Assembly (NCBI RefSeq): GCF_056746865.1
Contig: NZ_CM163382.1
DNA: 64,000 bases
Strand: one strand, 5' to 3'
Each line of letters begins with the position of its first letter. Position 1 is the first letter of the stretch. Of the stretch, positions 23,904 to 34,340 are shown in pieces. The position numbers and the translations under genes were made by a program. The notes beneath the pieces are model-generated. The model made no database searches. It had not been told where the DNA came from and saw only the letters and a list, made by a program, of their open reading frames with translations.

Positions 23904-23917
23904 TAAGAATTATATTA
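23904..23917 (-). promoter_or_regulatory. candidate RcsAB-box-like sequence (taagaattatatta) in the wza upstream region
   Basis: Partial match by eye to the RcsAB box consensus TaAGaatatTCctA; the AT-rich context makes chance matches likely. Confidence 0.25.
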
Positions 23918-24158
23918 AGTGTCATTCAATATGGTTTTTAGGAGTTTCTTTAGGTTGACAATATTTAATATTGCGCCTCCACATGCGATATTTCTTAAAT
24001 AATGTTTTATTATTACCACTTTTAATTCAGGGATAATGTGAGGTTATTACCCTCAAATAATATGAGATAAATAGTGCTGCAACATTGCATTTTTGCCCCG
24101 ATTTATCCATGATCGAATTGTGACATTTGTCATACAACGAATAGGTTTTGTACTTACT

Positions 24159-25742
24159 ATGGAATGGATTGCCGATCCGTCTATCTGGGCCGGGTTAATC
24201 ACGCTGATTGTGATCGAACTGGTCCTCGGCATTGATAACCTGGTCTTTATTGCCATCCTCGCCGAAAAACTACCGCCGAAGCAGCGCGACCGCGCACGGG
24301 TTACCGGGCTGCTGCTGGCGATGTTAATGCGCCTGTTACTGCTGGCGTCAATCTCCTGGCTGGTCACCCTGACTCAACCGCTGTTCAGCTTCCGCTCGTT
24401 TACCTTTAGCGCCCGCGACTTAATCATGCTGTTTGGTGGTTTCTTCCTGTTGTTCAAAGCCACGATGGAGCTGAACGAACGGCTGGAAGGGAAAGACAGC
24501 AATAATCCCACACAACGCAAAGGTGCGAAGTTCTGGGGCGTGGTGACGCAAATTGTGGTACTGGACGCCATTTTCTCACTCGACTCAGTGATTACCGCCG
24601 TCGGGATGGTCGACCATTTACTGGTCATGATGGCCGCCGTGGTTATCGCTATCAGCCTGATGTTGATGGCCAGCAAGCCGTTAACGCAATTTGTTAACAG
24701 TCACCCGACCATCGTTATTCTCTGCTTAAGCTTCCTGTTGATGATTGGCTTTAGCCTGGTGGCAGAAGGTTTCGGCTTCGTCATTCCGAAAGGCTACCTG
24801 TACGCTGCCATTGGTTTCTCGGTGATGATCGAGGCGCTCAATCAGTTGGCTATCTTTAACCGGCGACGTTTTCTTTCCGCTAACCAGACGCTGCGCCAGC
24901 GGACTACCGAAGCGGTAATGCGCCTGCTTAGCGGGCAAAAAGAAGATGCGGAACTGGACGCCGAAACCGCGTCCATGCTGGTGGATCATGGTAACCAGCA
25001 GATCTTTAATCCGCAGGAACGGCGGATGATTGAGCGGGTACTAAATCTTAACCAGCGTACCGTCAGCAGCATTATGACGTCGCGCCACGATATTGAGCAT
25101 ATCGATCTCAACGCGCCGGAAGACGAGATCCGCCAGTTGCTGGAGCGAAATCAGCATACGCGGCTGGTGGTTACCGACGGTGATGACGCAGAAGATTTGC
25201 TCGGTGTTGTTCACGTTATCGACCTGCTACAACAGTCTCTGCGCGGCGAACCGCTCAACCTGCGGGTGTTGATTCGCCAGCCGCTGGTGTTCCCGGAAAC
25301 CTTGCCGTTGTTACCTGCCCTGGAGCAGTTCCGTAATGCCCGCACGCACTTTGCTTTTGTGGTGGATGAGTTTGGCTCGGTGGAAGGGATTGTGACATTA
25401 AGTGACGTCACTGAAACCATTGCCGGTAACTTACCGAACGAAGTGGAAGAGATCGACGCCCGCCATGATATTCAGAAGAATGCGGACGGTTCCTGGACGG
25501 CGAATGGTCATATGCCGCTGGAGGATCTGGTGCAATATGTGCCGCTGCCGCTGGATGAAAAACGTGAATATCACACCATTGCCGGGCTGTTGATGGAGTA
25601 TTTGCAGCGTATTCCAAAACCTGGCGAAGAAGTTCAGGTGGGGGATTATTTGCTTAAAACGTTGCAGGTAGAAAGCCATCGCGTGCAGAAGGTGCAGATT
25701 ATTCCGCTGCGTAAGGATGGCGAGATGGAGTACGAGGTGTGA
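24159..25742 (+). CDS. yegH: inner membrane protein YegH (TerC-family integral membrane domain + CBS pair + CorC/HlyC C-terminal domain, 527 aa)
   Basis: ORF track frame 24093..25742; start placed at ATG 24159 giving [18 protein letters not shown]...; divergent from wza. Confidence 0.9.
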   Translation: MEWIADPSIWAGLITLIVIELVLGIDNLVFIAILAEKLPPKQRDRARVTGLLLAMLMRLLLLASISWLVTLTQPLFSFRSFTFSARDLIMLFGGFFLLFKATMELNERLEGKDSNNPTQRKGAKFWGVVTQIVVLDAIFSLDSVITAVGMVDHLLVMMAAVVIAISLMLMASKPLTQFVNSHPTIVILCLSFLLMIGFSLVAEGFGFVIPKGYLYAAIGFSVMIEALNQLAIFNRRRFLSANQTLRQRTTEAVMRLLSGQKEDAELDAETASMLVDHGNQQIFNPQERRMIERVLNLNQRTVSSIMTSRHDIEHIDLNAPEDEIRQLLERNQHTRLVVTDGDDAEDLLGVVHVIDLLQQSLRGEPLNLRVLIRQPLVFPETLPLLPALEQFRNARTHFAFVVDEFGSVEGIVTLSDVTETIAGNLPNEVEEIDARHDIQKNADGSWTANGHMPLEDLVQYVPLPLDEKREYHTIAGLLMEYLQRIPKPGEEVQVGDYLLKTLQVESHRVQKVQIIPLRKDGEMEYEV

Positions 25743-25749
25743 TAAAACA

Positions 25750-25786
25750 TCAAATGCGCAGGTTCAAACTGCGCATTTGATTTATA
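25750..25786 (+). terminator. rho-independent terminator-like hairpin after yegH (tcaaatgcgcag-gttcaaa-ctgcgcatttga then T-rich)
   Basis: 12-bp perfect inverted repeat followed by tttat, read directly. Confidence 0.5.
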
Positions 25787-25796
25787 CAAAATTTAG

Positions 25797-25802
25797 TATA
25801 AT
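25797..25802 (+). promoter_or_regulatory. candidate -10 hexamer TATAAT upstream of the toxin gene (Shine-Dalgarno aaggatggag follows)
   Basis: tataat 15 nt upstream of ATG 25817; a TTGATT lies upstream but at sub-optimal 14-nt spacing. Confidence 0.35.
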
Positions 25803-25816
25803 CTAAGGATGGAGTA

Positions 25817-26155
25817 ATGAGAAAAAAGCTGGCTTTTCTTGATACCAGTCTTGACGATTTACGCGCATTTCCAGAATCGTCTCGACAGGAAATTGGCTAT
25901 CAACTCGACAGGATCCAACAAGGGTTAAACCCATACGACTGGAAACCTTTTTCAACTATCGGCCCTGGTGTGCGAGAGATTCGTACTCGCGATGCTGATG
26001 GGATCTATCGCGTCATGTATGTCGCAAAATTTGAAGAAGCGGTTTACGTATTGCATTGTTTTCAAAAGAAAACACAGACTACCAGTCAATCGGATATTGA
26101 TTTAGCCAAACGACGCTATAAAGAACTTGTTCAGGAGCGGAAAAATGAAAATTGA
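25817..26155 (+). CDS. type II toxin, RelE/ParE superfamily, HigB / phage Gp49-like (112 aa)
   Basis: ORF track 112 aa; small basic protein with C-terminal block VYVLHCFQKKTQTTSQSDIDLAKRRY typical of HigB/Gp49-like toxins; toxin-first order with an overlapping downstream HTH gene. Confidence 0.75.
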   Translation: MRKKLAFLDTSLDDLRAFPESSRQEIGYQLDRIQQGLNPYDWKPFSTIGPGVREIRTRDADGIYRVMYVAKFEEAVYVLHCFQKKTQTTSQSDIDLAKRRYKELVQERKNEN

Positions 26156-26435
26156 AACCTTTGATAGTGTGTGGGATGCGGTGAGTGACACCCCTGAACA
26201 AGCGGAAAATATGCGGATCCGTGCCGAACTTGTTACGATCATTAATAACTGGATTGAACAACAAGGGTTTAGCCAGGCTCAGGCAGCGTCTGCTTTAGGG
26301 GTCACTCAACCTCGCATATCTGAACTTGCCAGAGGTAAAATCCAGATCTTTAGTATCGATAAATTGATCACCATGATGGCTCATGCAGGGTTGCATATTC
26401 AACGTATTGAAGTTCAATATCCACATGCTGCTTAG
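26145..26435 (+). CDS. HTH XRE-family antitoxin (HigA-like, 96 aa)
   Basis: ORF track frame 26127..26435; start placed at ATG 26145 (MKIETFDSVW...), overlapping the toxin stop by 11 nt (ATGAAAATTGA); helix-turn-helix region QAQAASALGVTQPRISELARGK. Confidence 0.75.
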   Translation: MKIETFDSVWDAVSDTPEQAENMRIRAELVTIINNWIEQQGFSQAQAASALGVTQPRISELARGKIQIFSIDKLITMMAHAGLHIQRIEVQYPHAA

Positions 26436-26446
26436 TGCTATAAATA

Positions 26447-26476
26447 CAGATGGCGACAAATTGACGCCGCCATCTG
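26447..26476. terminator. hairpin (cagatggcg ... cgccatctg) between the antitoxin and the asmA 3' end; possible bidirectional terminator
   Basis: 9-bp inverted repeat read directly; no strong T-run on the plus side. Confidence 0.4.
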
Positions 26477-26487
26477 CATAACTTGTC

Positions 26488-28341
26488 TTACATCTTCTCC
26501 AGCAACTTCTTCACATCTTTGCCATTGCGGGAATCTTTATTCCGCTCGGCCCAGTCATTCAGGCGACGTTTCGCTTCGTCCTGTAGATGTTTGCGTAGCA
26601 GCTGGTCCACTTGCAGGCTGTAATTAAGTTGCTGCCAGTTGCCATAAACCCGCAGCGGTACTGGCGTTTCTTTGAGGAAATCAATCAGTTTGCTTTCCCC
26701 GTTCCAGCCCCCCACGACCCGAATATCAAACTGGGTGTCACAGGTTTGCTCCGCCAGATTCAACGTACCAGCCCCGGAAAGCGCCAGCATGGGCGATTGA
26801 CCTTGCATGTCGTTTAACGTCACGACGCCATCCTTCAACGTCAAATCGGTGGTAAAGCGGTCAAGACGCGTTACGTTATCGAAGTTTTCAGCGGCCTTCA
26901 CATCACCACCATTACGTTCTACCGCTTGCTGAATCATCTGCTGGAAGTTCATCCCTTCCATGCGCGTGTCGGTCATTTCGACATGTGCCTGTCCTTGCCA
27001 GTTATGGCGGAATGCGTCGGCATCTATGTCAGCACCGGAGAAATCACCAGCCAGTGACATCTTTCCGGTCAACGAAATCGGATAGTTAAACGCCTTCAGA
27101 ATGGTACCAATCTCAACGTTTTCCAGCCGTGGCTGGAAGTTTATCCGCGGATTTATTGATGTCGCGTCCAGCGTGCCCGGCAGTGAAACCTGTCCACCGT
27201 TAAGTTTGCCCTGCAGTTGAGTAATTTCCAGCAAACCCGACTTGTTGGTCATTTGCGTGGCAACATCTGTAAAATTCATTCCGCGCCAGCGCACGTTACT
27301 GGCCTGCAACAAAATATCAGCCGTAAAGCCTTGCAGTCCCTGATAGGCCGGTTCATCAATACGCGAAGAAATGACCGGGCGCGGCAACGTTGATTGGCTC
27401 TGCCCCTGCTGCGCGGCACCGTTTTCACCGTTCGCTGTTTCATTAAGCGGGATGAGGTTGTCAAGATTCAGTTGCGGGAATTGCAGTCTCAGCTGCCATT
27501 CCGGTTTCTCTGTCAACGTGACCTGTGCTTGCCCGCTCAGCGTACTGTCATTGGCGGTCAAACTAATTTGGTTAAATGAAAGGCGTTTATGTGACTCCTG
27601 CCACTGGGCCTGGAAACTCCCCTGCCCCTGAATACCTTGTTTTGGTAAATCTGCACCCTGCAACTGCCAGTTAACTTGTTCAATAGCCGCCGTTAAATCA
27701 TGCGGATAATCAGAAGCATCTACCGTACCGTTAAGGGATATCGTGAGATCGCGCTGATCGCGATTAACCCGCCCGGAGAACTCAAATGAACCACGATGTT
27801 GGGGATCTTGTTCCATTTGCAGGCGAATATTGCGGATTGTCACCTGCTCGTCATCTTCATGCTGGAACACCAGCACGCTGTCCGCCACCTTAAGACTGGA
27901 TATATCAAACGACCATCCGCGATCGTCTGACAGATCCGGCAAGGTATTGTCGCGTGGTGCAACCGGGGCATCTTCACTGCGTACCGCTTCCGTCTGCGGC
28001 GTCAGTTGGATCACTGCCCCTTTTAGCATCACCTGCTTAACGCTCAGTTGATGACTCAGCAGTGGTAAAAGCGCCACGTCCAGACGCATGTTGTCTGCGC
28101 GAACCAGTGGCTGGCTCGCGCCCTGGGCAGTGAGAGACATTCGCCCGGAGAGGATACTAAGTTGCGGCCAGACGTGCCAACGCAGTGGCCCGTCGAGCTG
28201 CAATTGATAACCGCTACGTGCAGCAACTTGCTTGACCATATAGTCGCGGAAATCATTCGGATTCACCAGCAACACTAACGCAGATAACCCGGCCACCAGC
28301 ACGACCAGGAGTATCATCAGCGTCGTCAGAAATCGTCTCAT
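26488..28341 (-). CDS. asmA: outer membrane assembly protein AsmA (617 aa)
   Basis: ORF track 617 aa; N-terminal signal-anchor MRRFLTTLMILLVVLVAGLSALVLL; synteny with dcd/udk. Confidence 0.92.
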   Translation of the reverse strand: MRRFLTTLMILLVVLVAGLSALVLLVNPNDFRDYMVKQVAARSGYQLQLDGPLRWHVWPQLSILSGRMSLTAQGASQPLVRADNMRLDVALLPLLSHQLSVKQVMLKGAVIQLTPQTEAVRSEDAPVAPRDNTLPDLSDDRGWSFDISSLKVADSVLVFQHEDDEQVTIRNIRLQMEQDPQHRGSFEFSGRVNRDQRDLTISLNGTVDASDYPHDLTAAIEQVNWQLQGADLPKQGIQGQGSFQAQWQESHKRLSFNQISLTANDSTLSGQAQVTLTEKPEWQLRLQFPQLNLDNLIPLNETANGENGAAQQGQSQSTLPRPVISSRIDEPAYQGLQGFTADILLQASNVRWRGMNFTDVATQMTNKSGLLEITQLQGKLNGGQVSLPGTLDATSINPRINFQPRLENVEIGTILKAFNYPISLTGKMSLAGDFSGADIDADAFRHNWQGQAHVEMTDTRMEGMNFQQMIQQAVERNGGDVKAAENFDNVTRLDRFTTDLTLKDGVVTLNDMQGQSPMLALSGAGTLNLAEQTCDTQFDIRVVGGWNGESKLIDFLKETPVPLRVYGNWQQLNYSLQVDQLLRKHLQDEAKRRLNDWAERNKDSRNGKDVKKLLEKM

Positions 28342-28362
28342 GGTATCCTCAATGGGCCTGAA

Positions 28363-28944
28363 TTAGTCTTTATCGATTCGGCTGGCTACCGCGCCCTGCT
28401 GGTTGCGATATTTCGCATCTTCACGGCGGTTGTAAGGTCGCGCCGCCGGGCCGGAAAGCGGCTCAAAGCTCAGCGCACCAATTAACATGCCCGGACGCAG
28501 CGCCAGCGGCAGCTTACCGGAGTTGTAGAACTCCAGCACAATACAGCCAGACCAGCCCGGATCGATACGGTGCGCGGTGACGTGCACCATAAGCCCCAGA
28601 CGCGCCAGTGAGGAACGACCGTCCAGCCAGCCCACCAGATCGGCTGGCAGCGTCACCGACTCCAGCGTCACCGCCAGCGCCAGCTCTCCTGGGTGAAGAT
28701 AAAACGCCTCGCTTTCATCGAGTACGATCTCATCGCTCATCACGCGGTCAAGCGCGGCGCTCACTTCATCTTTGGGACCGCTCAGATCGATAAACGCTGC
28801 CGTGTGACCACGGAAGGTACGAAATTTATTGCCCAGGCGCACATCCACCGTCGCGCCATTAATACGCTCCACTGGCGGACGTGGGTTGATCGACAAACGG
28901 CCTTCATCAAGCCAGGCTTCAATATCTCGGTCACACAGACGCAT
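28363..28944 (-). CDS. dcd: dCTP deaminase Dcd (193 aa)
   Basis: ORF track 193 aa beginning [17 protein letters not shown]. Confidence 0.95.
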   Translation of the reverse strand: MRLCDRDIEAWLDEGRLSINPRPPVERINGATVDVRLGNKFRTFRGHTAAFIDLSGPKDEVSAALDRVMSDEIVLDESEAFYLHPGELALAVTLESVTLPADLVGWLDGRSSLARLGLMVHVTAHRIDPGWSGCIVLEFYNSGKLPLALRPGMLIGALSFEPLSGPAARPYNRREDAKYRNQQGAVASRIDKD

Positions 28945-29035
28945 GGCATTTTCTCCTTTCGTGCATCACTCCCTTAACGCCAATTACGTCAAGGGCATAC
29001 CAGGTTATCACTGAACGGTACACAATTTATCAAGC

Positions 29036-29677
29036 TTATTCAAAGAACTGACTTATTTTCGCTTTCAATATATCGATGGCGATGCGGTTTTTCCCGCCGC
29101 GCGGCACGATAATGTCCGCATATTGTTTAGAAGGCTCAATGAATTGCAGGAACATCGGACGCACGGTTTTTTGATATTGCGCCATCACTGAATCCATTGA
29201 ACGCCCACGCTCGTTAACGTCACGCTTGATGCGGCGCATCAGGCAGATATCCAGCGGGGTATCAACGAAAATTGAGAAGTTAAGTTCGTCACGCAAACGC
29301 GCATCCGTTAGCAGCAAAATGCCTTCGAGAATGATGACTTTCTTCGGCTCAACCGTCACCGTTTCTTTCATACGCGTATGTTCAACATAGCTGTAAACCG
29401 GCAGGTCAATGGCCGAGCCGCGTTTCAACGCTTGTAAATGCTCAAGCAACAGGCTGTGATCCATCGCGCTGGGATGGTCGTAGTTGGTCTTAACGCGTTC
29501 TTCCATCGACAGATGGCTTTGATCTTTGTAATAGCAGTCTTCGGGAATTACGCCGATGTGTTCATCACCGACTTGCTCACGTAATTCACGATAAAGGGTA
29601 CTGGCAATAAGACTCTTGCCGGAAGCCGATGCGCCAGCGATACCGATAATGACGCACTGATGAGACTGATCAGTCAT
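29036..29677 (-). CDS. udk: uridine/cytidine kinase Udk (213 aa)
   Basis: ORF track frame 29036..29740; start placed at ATG giving [23 protein letters not shown] (Walker A). Confidence 0.92.
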
Positions 29678-29994
29678 ATATTTAGCGACCTGATTAACCT
29701 GGATGTTAGGAAGGGGGCGACGAAGCGCCAAACGCGGCAATTATAGGGATTTCATCCGCCTGATACCAGTCGAATAGCGTTGCCGCGCGCTCAGAGTAAT
29801 TGTTGACGAATAATTCCCGGTGGCAAATTACGTTGTTCAGTTTTAATGCAAGGTAAAAATTGTTATACGAAGTTGCGCAAATTATCCGCCTTTACGTCAC
29901 TTTATGAGCAATTCGCATATAAAATGTAAAACTTTTGTACTAGCATAAACACAGAAACGAATACTGGCGACCTGGTCTTGCGGATAAAGCGGTA

Positions 29995-32900
29995 ATGAGC
30001 AAACAATCACAGCATGTATTAATTGCCCTGCCCCACCCGCTGCTTCACCTGGTCAGTTTAGGTTTAGTCTCGTTTATCTTTACCCTTTTCTCGCTTGAGC
30101 TTTCGCAGTTTGGCACCCAACTCGCCCCACTGTGGTTCCCGACGTCCATCATGATGGTGGCGTTTTATCGCCATGCCGGGCGTATGTGGCCGGGGATTGC
30201 GCTGAGCTGCTCACTGGGAAATATCGCCGCATCCATCCTGCTTTTTTCCACCAGCTCGCTGAACATGACCTGGACGACCATCAATATTGTTGAAGCCGTG
30301 GTCGGGGCAGTGCTACTGCGTAAATTGCTGCCGTGGTATAACCCATTGCAAAATCTGGCTGACTGGCTGCGTCTGGCACTCGGCAGCGCCATTGTTCCGC
30401 CTCTGTTGGGGGGTGTTCTGGTTATCCTGCTGACGCCCGGAGACGATCCTCTCAGGGCATTTTTGATATGGGTACTGTCAGAATCCATCGGCGCACTGGC
30501 ACTGGTGCCGCTGGGGTTGTTATTTAAACCACACTATCTGCTGCGCCATCGCAACCCACGGTTGCTTTTTGAGTCGCTGCTCACGTTAGCCATCACACTG
30601 ACGTTAAGCTGGCTTTCGATGCTGTATCTGCCGTGGCCTTTTACTTTCATTATTGTGCTGTTGATGTGGAGCGCCGTGCGCCTGCCACGAATGGAAGCCT
30701 TTTTGATCTTCCTTACCACGGTGATGATGGTGTCACTGATGATGGCCGCGGATCCCTCCCTGCTTGCTACGCCGCGTACATACCTGATGAGCCATATGCC
30801 GTGGCTACCGTTTTTGCTGATCCTGCTGCCCGCCAACATCATGACCATGGTGATGTATGCCTTTCGTGCGGAACGCAAACACATTTCCGAAAGCGAAACC
30901 CGCTTTCGGAACGCGATGGAATATTCCGCTATCGGTATGGCGTTAGTGGGCACCGAGGGACAATGGCTGCAATCCAACAAAGCACTCTGCCAGTTTCTCG
31001 GTTACAGTCAGGAAGAGCTGCGCGGACTCACCTTTCAGCAACTGACCTGGCCGGAGGATCTCAATAAAGATCTGCAACAGGTTGAAAAGCTGATCAGCGG
31101 TGAAATAAACACCTATTCAATGGAAAAACGCTACTACAACCGCAATGGCGATGTTGTCTGGGCGTTGCTTGCCGTCTCACTGGTGCGCCACACGGATGGC
31201 ACGCCGCTCTATTTTATCGCTCAGATTGAAGACATTAACGAGCTAAAACGCACCGAACAGGTGAATCAGCAACTGATGGAGCGCATCACGCTGGCTAACG
31301 AAGCGGGCGGGATTGGCATCTGGGAGTGGGAGCTTAAGCCGAATATTTTTAGCTGGGATAAGCGGATGTTCGAGCTGTATGAAATTCCTCCGCATATCAA
31401 ACCGAACTGGCAGGTGTGGTACGAGTGCGTGCTGCCGGAAGATCGCCAGCATGCCGAAAAAGTGATTCGTGATTCGTTGCAATCACGCTCTCCCTTTAAA
31501 CTGGAATTTCGCATTACCGTGAAAGACGGCATTCGCCATATCCGCGCCCTCGCTAACCGGGTACTGAATAAAGAAGGCGAAGTCGAACGCCTGCTCGGCA
31601 TTAATATGGATATGACCGAGGTAAAACAGCTTAACGAGGCATTGTTTCAGGAAAAAGAGCGCCTGCACATTACGCTGGATTCCATCGGCGAAGCCGTGGT
31701 CTGTATTGATATGGCAATGAAAATTACCTTTATGAATCCGGTGGCGGAGAAGATGAGCGGCTGGACGCAGGAAGAAGCGTTAGGTGTTCCACTCCTGACG
31801 GTGTTGCATATTACTTTTGGCGACAACGGACCATTAATGGAGAACATTTACAGTGCCGACACCTCACGTTCCGCGATTGAACAAGATGTGGTGTTGCACT
31901 GCCGAAGCGGCGGCAGCTACGACGTGCATTACAGTATTACGCCGTTAAGTACTCTGGACGGCAGCAATATTGGTTCGGTTCTGGTGATTCAGGACGTCAC
32001 CGAATCGCGCAAAATGCTGCGCCAGCTGAGCTACAGCGCCTCCCATGATGCACTGACGCATCTCGCCAATCGCGCCAGTTTTGAGAAGCAACTACGCATC
32101 CTGCTGCAAACGGTAAACAGTACACATCAGCGACATGCACTGGTGTTTATCGATCTTGATCGCTTTAAAGCGGTGAATGACAGCGCCGGGCACGCCGCTG
32201 GCGACGCTTTACTGCGCGAACTGGCGTCATTGATGCTGAGTATGCTGCGCTCCAGCGACGTGCTGGCGCGACTCGGTGGCGATGAATTTGGTCTGCTGCT
32301 GCCAGATTGTAATGTCGAAAGTGCGCGTTTTATCGCTACACGCATTATCAGCGCCGTGAATGACTATCACTTTATCTGGGAAGGACGTGTACATCGGGTA
32401 GGTGCCAGTGCCGGGATTACCTTGATTGATGACAACAATCATCAGGCGGCTGAAGTGATGTCGCAGGCTGATATCGCCTGTTATGCCTCCAAAAATGGTG
32501 GCCGGGGCCGGGTGACGATTTACGAACCGCAGCAAGCTGCCGCACATAGCGAACGGGCGGCGATGTCGCTTGATGAACAGTGGCGGATGATTAAAGAGAA
32601 TCAGTTGATGATGATCGCCCACGGTGTCGCTTCGCCGCGGATCCCGCAAGCGCGTAATTTGTGGCTGATTTCACTTAAGCTCTGGAGTTGCGAAGGCGAG
32701 ATTATTGATGAACAAACATTTCGTCGTAGCTTCAGCGATCCGGCACTTAGCCATGCTCTTGACCGACGGGTATTCCACGATTTTTTCCAGCAGGCCGCCA
32801 AAGCGGTTGCCAGTAAAGGTATAAGCATCGCCCTCCCGCTTTCCGTTGCCGGTTTGAGTAGCGCCACGCTGGTGAATGAACTAATTGAGCAGCTGGAAAA

Positions 32901-33312
32901 TAGCCCTCTACCACCACGGTTATTACATCTGATTATTCCGGCAGACGCGATTTTAGATCACGCAGAAAGCGTGCAAAAACTGCGGCTGGCGGGATGTCGG
33001 ATCGTATTCAGTCAGGTGGGCCGCGATCTGCAAATCTTCAACTCGCTGAAAGCGAATATGGCAGATTACCTGCTACTTGATGGTGAGTTATGCGCCAACG
33101 TGCAGGGAAATTTGATGGATGAGATGCTGATTACGATCATTCAGGGGCACGCTCAGCGGCTCGGGATGAAGACCATCGCCGGGCCAGTAGTTTTACCCCT
33201 GGTGATGGATACGCTTTCTGGCATCGGCGTCGATCTGATTTATGGCGATGTGATTGCCGATGCCCAACCGCTGGATTTGCTGGTGAATAGCAGTTATTTC
33301 GCGATTAACTGA
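29995..33312 (+). CDS. dgcE: diguanylate cyclase DgcE/YegE (membrane MASE1-like N-terminus, PAS repeats, GGDEF, degenerate EAL; 1105 aa)
   Basis: ORF track 1105 aa; GGDEF motif (RLGGDEFGLL) and multiple PAS-like segments. Confidence 0.92.
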   Translation: MSKQSQHVLIALPHPLLHLVSLGLVSFIFTLFSLELSQFGTQLAPLWFPTSIMMVAFYRHAGRMWPGIALSCSLGNIAASILLFSTSSLNMTWTTINIVEAVVGAVLLRKLLPWYNPLQNLADWLRLALGSAIVPPLLGGVLVILLTPGDDPLRAFLIWVLSESIGALALVPLGLLFKPHYLLRHRNPRLLFESLLTLAITLTLSWLSMLYLPWPFTFIIVLLMWSAVRLPRMEAFLIFLTTVMMVSLMMAADPSLLATPRTYLMSHMPWLPFLLILLPANIMTMVMYAFRAERKHISESETRFRNAMEYSAIGMALVGTEGQWLQSNKALCQFLGYSQEELRGLTFQQLTWPEDLNKDLQQVEKLISGEINTYSMEKRYYNRNGDVVWALLAVSLVRHTDGTPLYFIAQIEDINELKRTEQVNQQLMERITLANEAGGIGIWEWELKPNIFSWDKRMFELYEIPPHIKPNWQVWYECVLPEDRQHAEKVIRDSLQSRSPFKLEFRITVKDGIRHIRALANRVLNKEGEVERLLGINMDMTEVKQLNEALFQEKERLHITLDSIGEAVVCIDMAMKITFMNPVAEKMSGWTQEEALGVPLLTVLHITFGDNGPLMENIYSADTSRSAIEQDVVLHCRSGGSYDVHYSITPLSTLDGSNIGSVLVIQDVTESRKMLRQLSYSASHDALTHLANRASFEKQLRILLQTVNSTHQRHALVFIDLDRFKAVNDSAGHAAGDALLRELASLMLSMLRSSDVLARLGGDEFGLLLPDCNVESARFIATRIISAVNDYHFIWEGRVHRVGASAGITLIDDNNHQAAEVMSQADIACYASKNGGRGRVTIYEPQQAAAHSERAAMSLDEQWRMIKENQLMMIAHGVASPRIPQARNLWLISLKLWSCEGEIIDEQTFRRSFSDPALSHALDRRVFHDFFQQAAKAVASKGISIALPLSVAGLSSATLVNELIEQLENSPLPPRLLHLIIPADAILDHAESVQKLRLAGCRIVFSQVGRDLQIFNSLKANMADYLLLDGELCANVQGNLMDEMLITIIQGHAQRLGMKTIAGPVVLPLVMDTLSGIGVDLIYGDVIADAQPLDLLVNSSYFAIN

Positions 33313-33328
33313 GGCGTGCTTCCCCATC

Positions 33329-33353
33329 GCCTGATGCGGCGTATCAGGCCTAC
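33329..33353. repeat. REP element (gcctgatgcggcgtatcaggcctac) in the dgcE-alkA convergent gap, overlapping the alkA stop codon
   Basis: REP-like palindrome read directly. Confidence 0.45.
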
Positions 33354-34207
33354 AATTCGTCCGTTCCGTCTGGTTGCCAGCCTTCCGTATACCAGATATG
33401 CAACAGCGCATAAGAACGCCAGGGCTTCCAGCGTTCGGCATAACGGCGGATTTGTGCCGGTGTCATTCCCGGAAATCGCTGTTTAATCAGATAATCATCC
33501 GGCAGGAAAACATCTTTCGCCTGCCAGCCACGTAAGGCGAAATAATTCGCCGTCCAGCGCCCGATACCCGGAAAAGTTTGCAGCGTTTTCATCGCTTGCT
33601 CTACGTCGCCCGGAATTGTCATTGGTAAGGTGCCCTCCAGCGCCGCATTTGCCAGATTAATCAGCGCCTCTGCCCGTTTCAACGGCATACCTAACGCTTT
33701 TAATGCCTGCGGGTCGGCTGCTGCCAGCCGCTGAGGCGTGGGGAAGCAGACATAATCCGGAAAATCATCCAGCCGTTCGCCATAAAGCTGTGCCACTCTG
33801 GCGGTCAATTTTGCCGCCATCGCCACGCTCACCAGTTGGCCTAAAATCGCCCGCACGCCCTGCTCAAAAGCATCAACACAACCAGGTAAACGCAATCCGG
33901 GCCGCGCCGCGCCTAACTTGCCCAACGCACCGTTAACAATCTGCGGGTTACATTGCAGATCAAACAGGCGGCTCATTTTCGCCAGACACTCTGCGGCAAC
34001 AGGTTCTAAACCTGCACTTAAATTTATGTGCAGAGTATGGCGGGCTATATCCGGAATAGCAGTCACCACGCCGCGATATTCGCCCACCGCCAGACTACGG
34101 GCATAATAATCGTCAGCGACCGTTTCCACACCGTTCACCGCACGGGCGGCGAGAAATCCCAACATCCACGACCAGTCATACGGCGGCTGCCAGTTCAGGG
34201 TATACAT
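33350..34207 (-). CDS. alkA: 3-methyladenine DNA glycosylase II AlkA (285 codons here)
   Basis: ORF track 285 aa beginning MYTLNWQPPYDWSWMLGF; HhH-GPD glycosylase. Confidence 0.9.
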   Translation of the reverse strand: MYTLNWQPPYDWSWMLGFLAARAVNGVETVADDYYARSLAVGEYRGVVTAIPDIARHTLHINLSAGLEPVAAECLAKMSRLFDLQCNPQIVNGALGKLGAARPGLRLPGCVDAFEQGVRAILGQLVSVAMAAKLTARVAQLYGERLDDFPDYVCFPTPQRLAAADPQALKALGMPLKRAEALINLANAALEGTLPMTIPGDVEQAMKTLQTFPGIGRWTANYFALRGWQAKDVFLPDDYLIKQRFPGMTPAQIRRYAERWKPWRSYALLHIWYTEGWQPDGTDEL

Positions 34208-34340
34208 CGCATCTCCTTGTTAATCCGCTTTCAGCATAAACGTTATTCAGACGCTACGCTTTGCTTTCATATTCCGGTTGTCGCGACGGCAACATTTCGC
34301 TAAAGTCACGCCCCTTCTTCACCGGCATGGGGATTATTTC

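Noticed and set aside
23743-23925. 60-aa ORF in the wza leader (MTLNIILKNSQLPNCYLACYSV...)
   Set aside because: Falls in a very AT-rich regulatory region, has a low-complexity composition and no ribosome-binding site; more likely chance than a gene.
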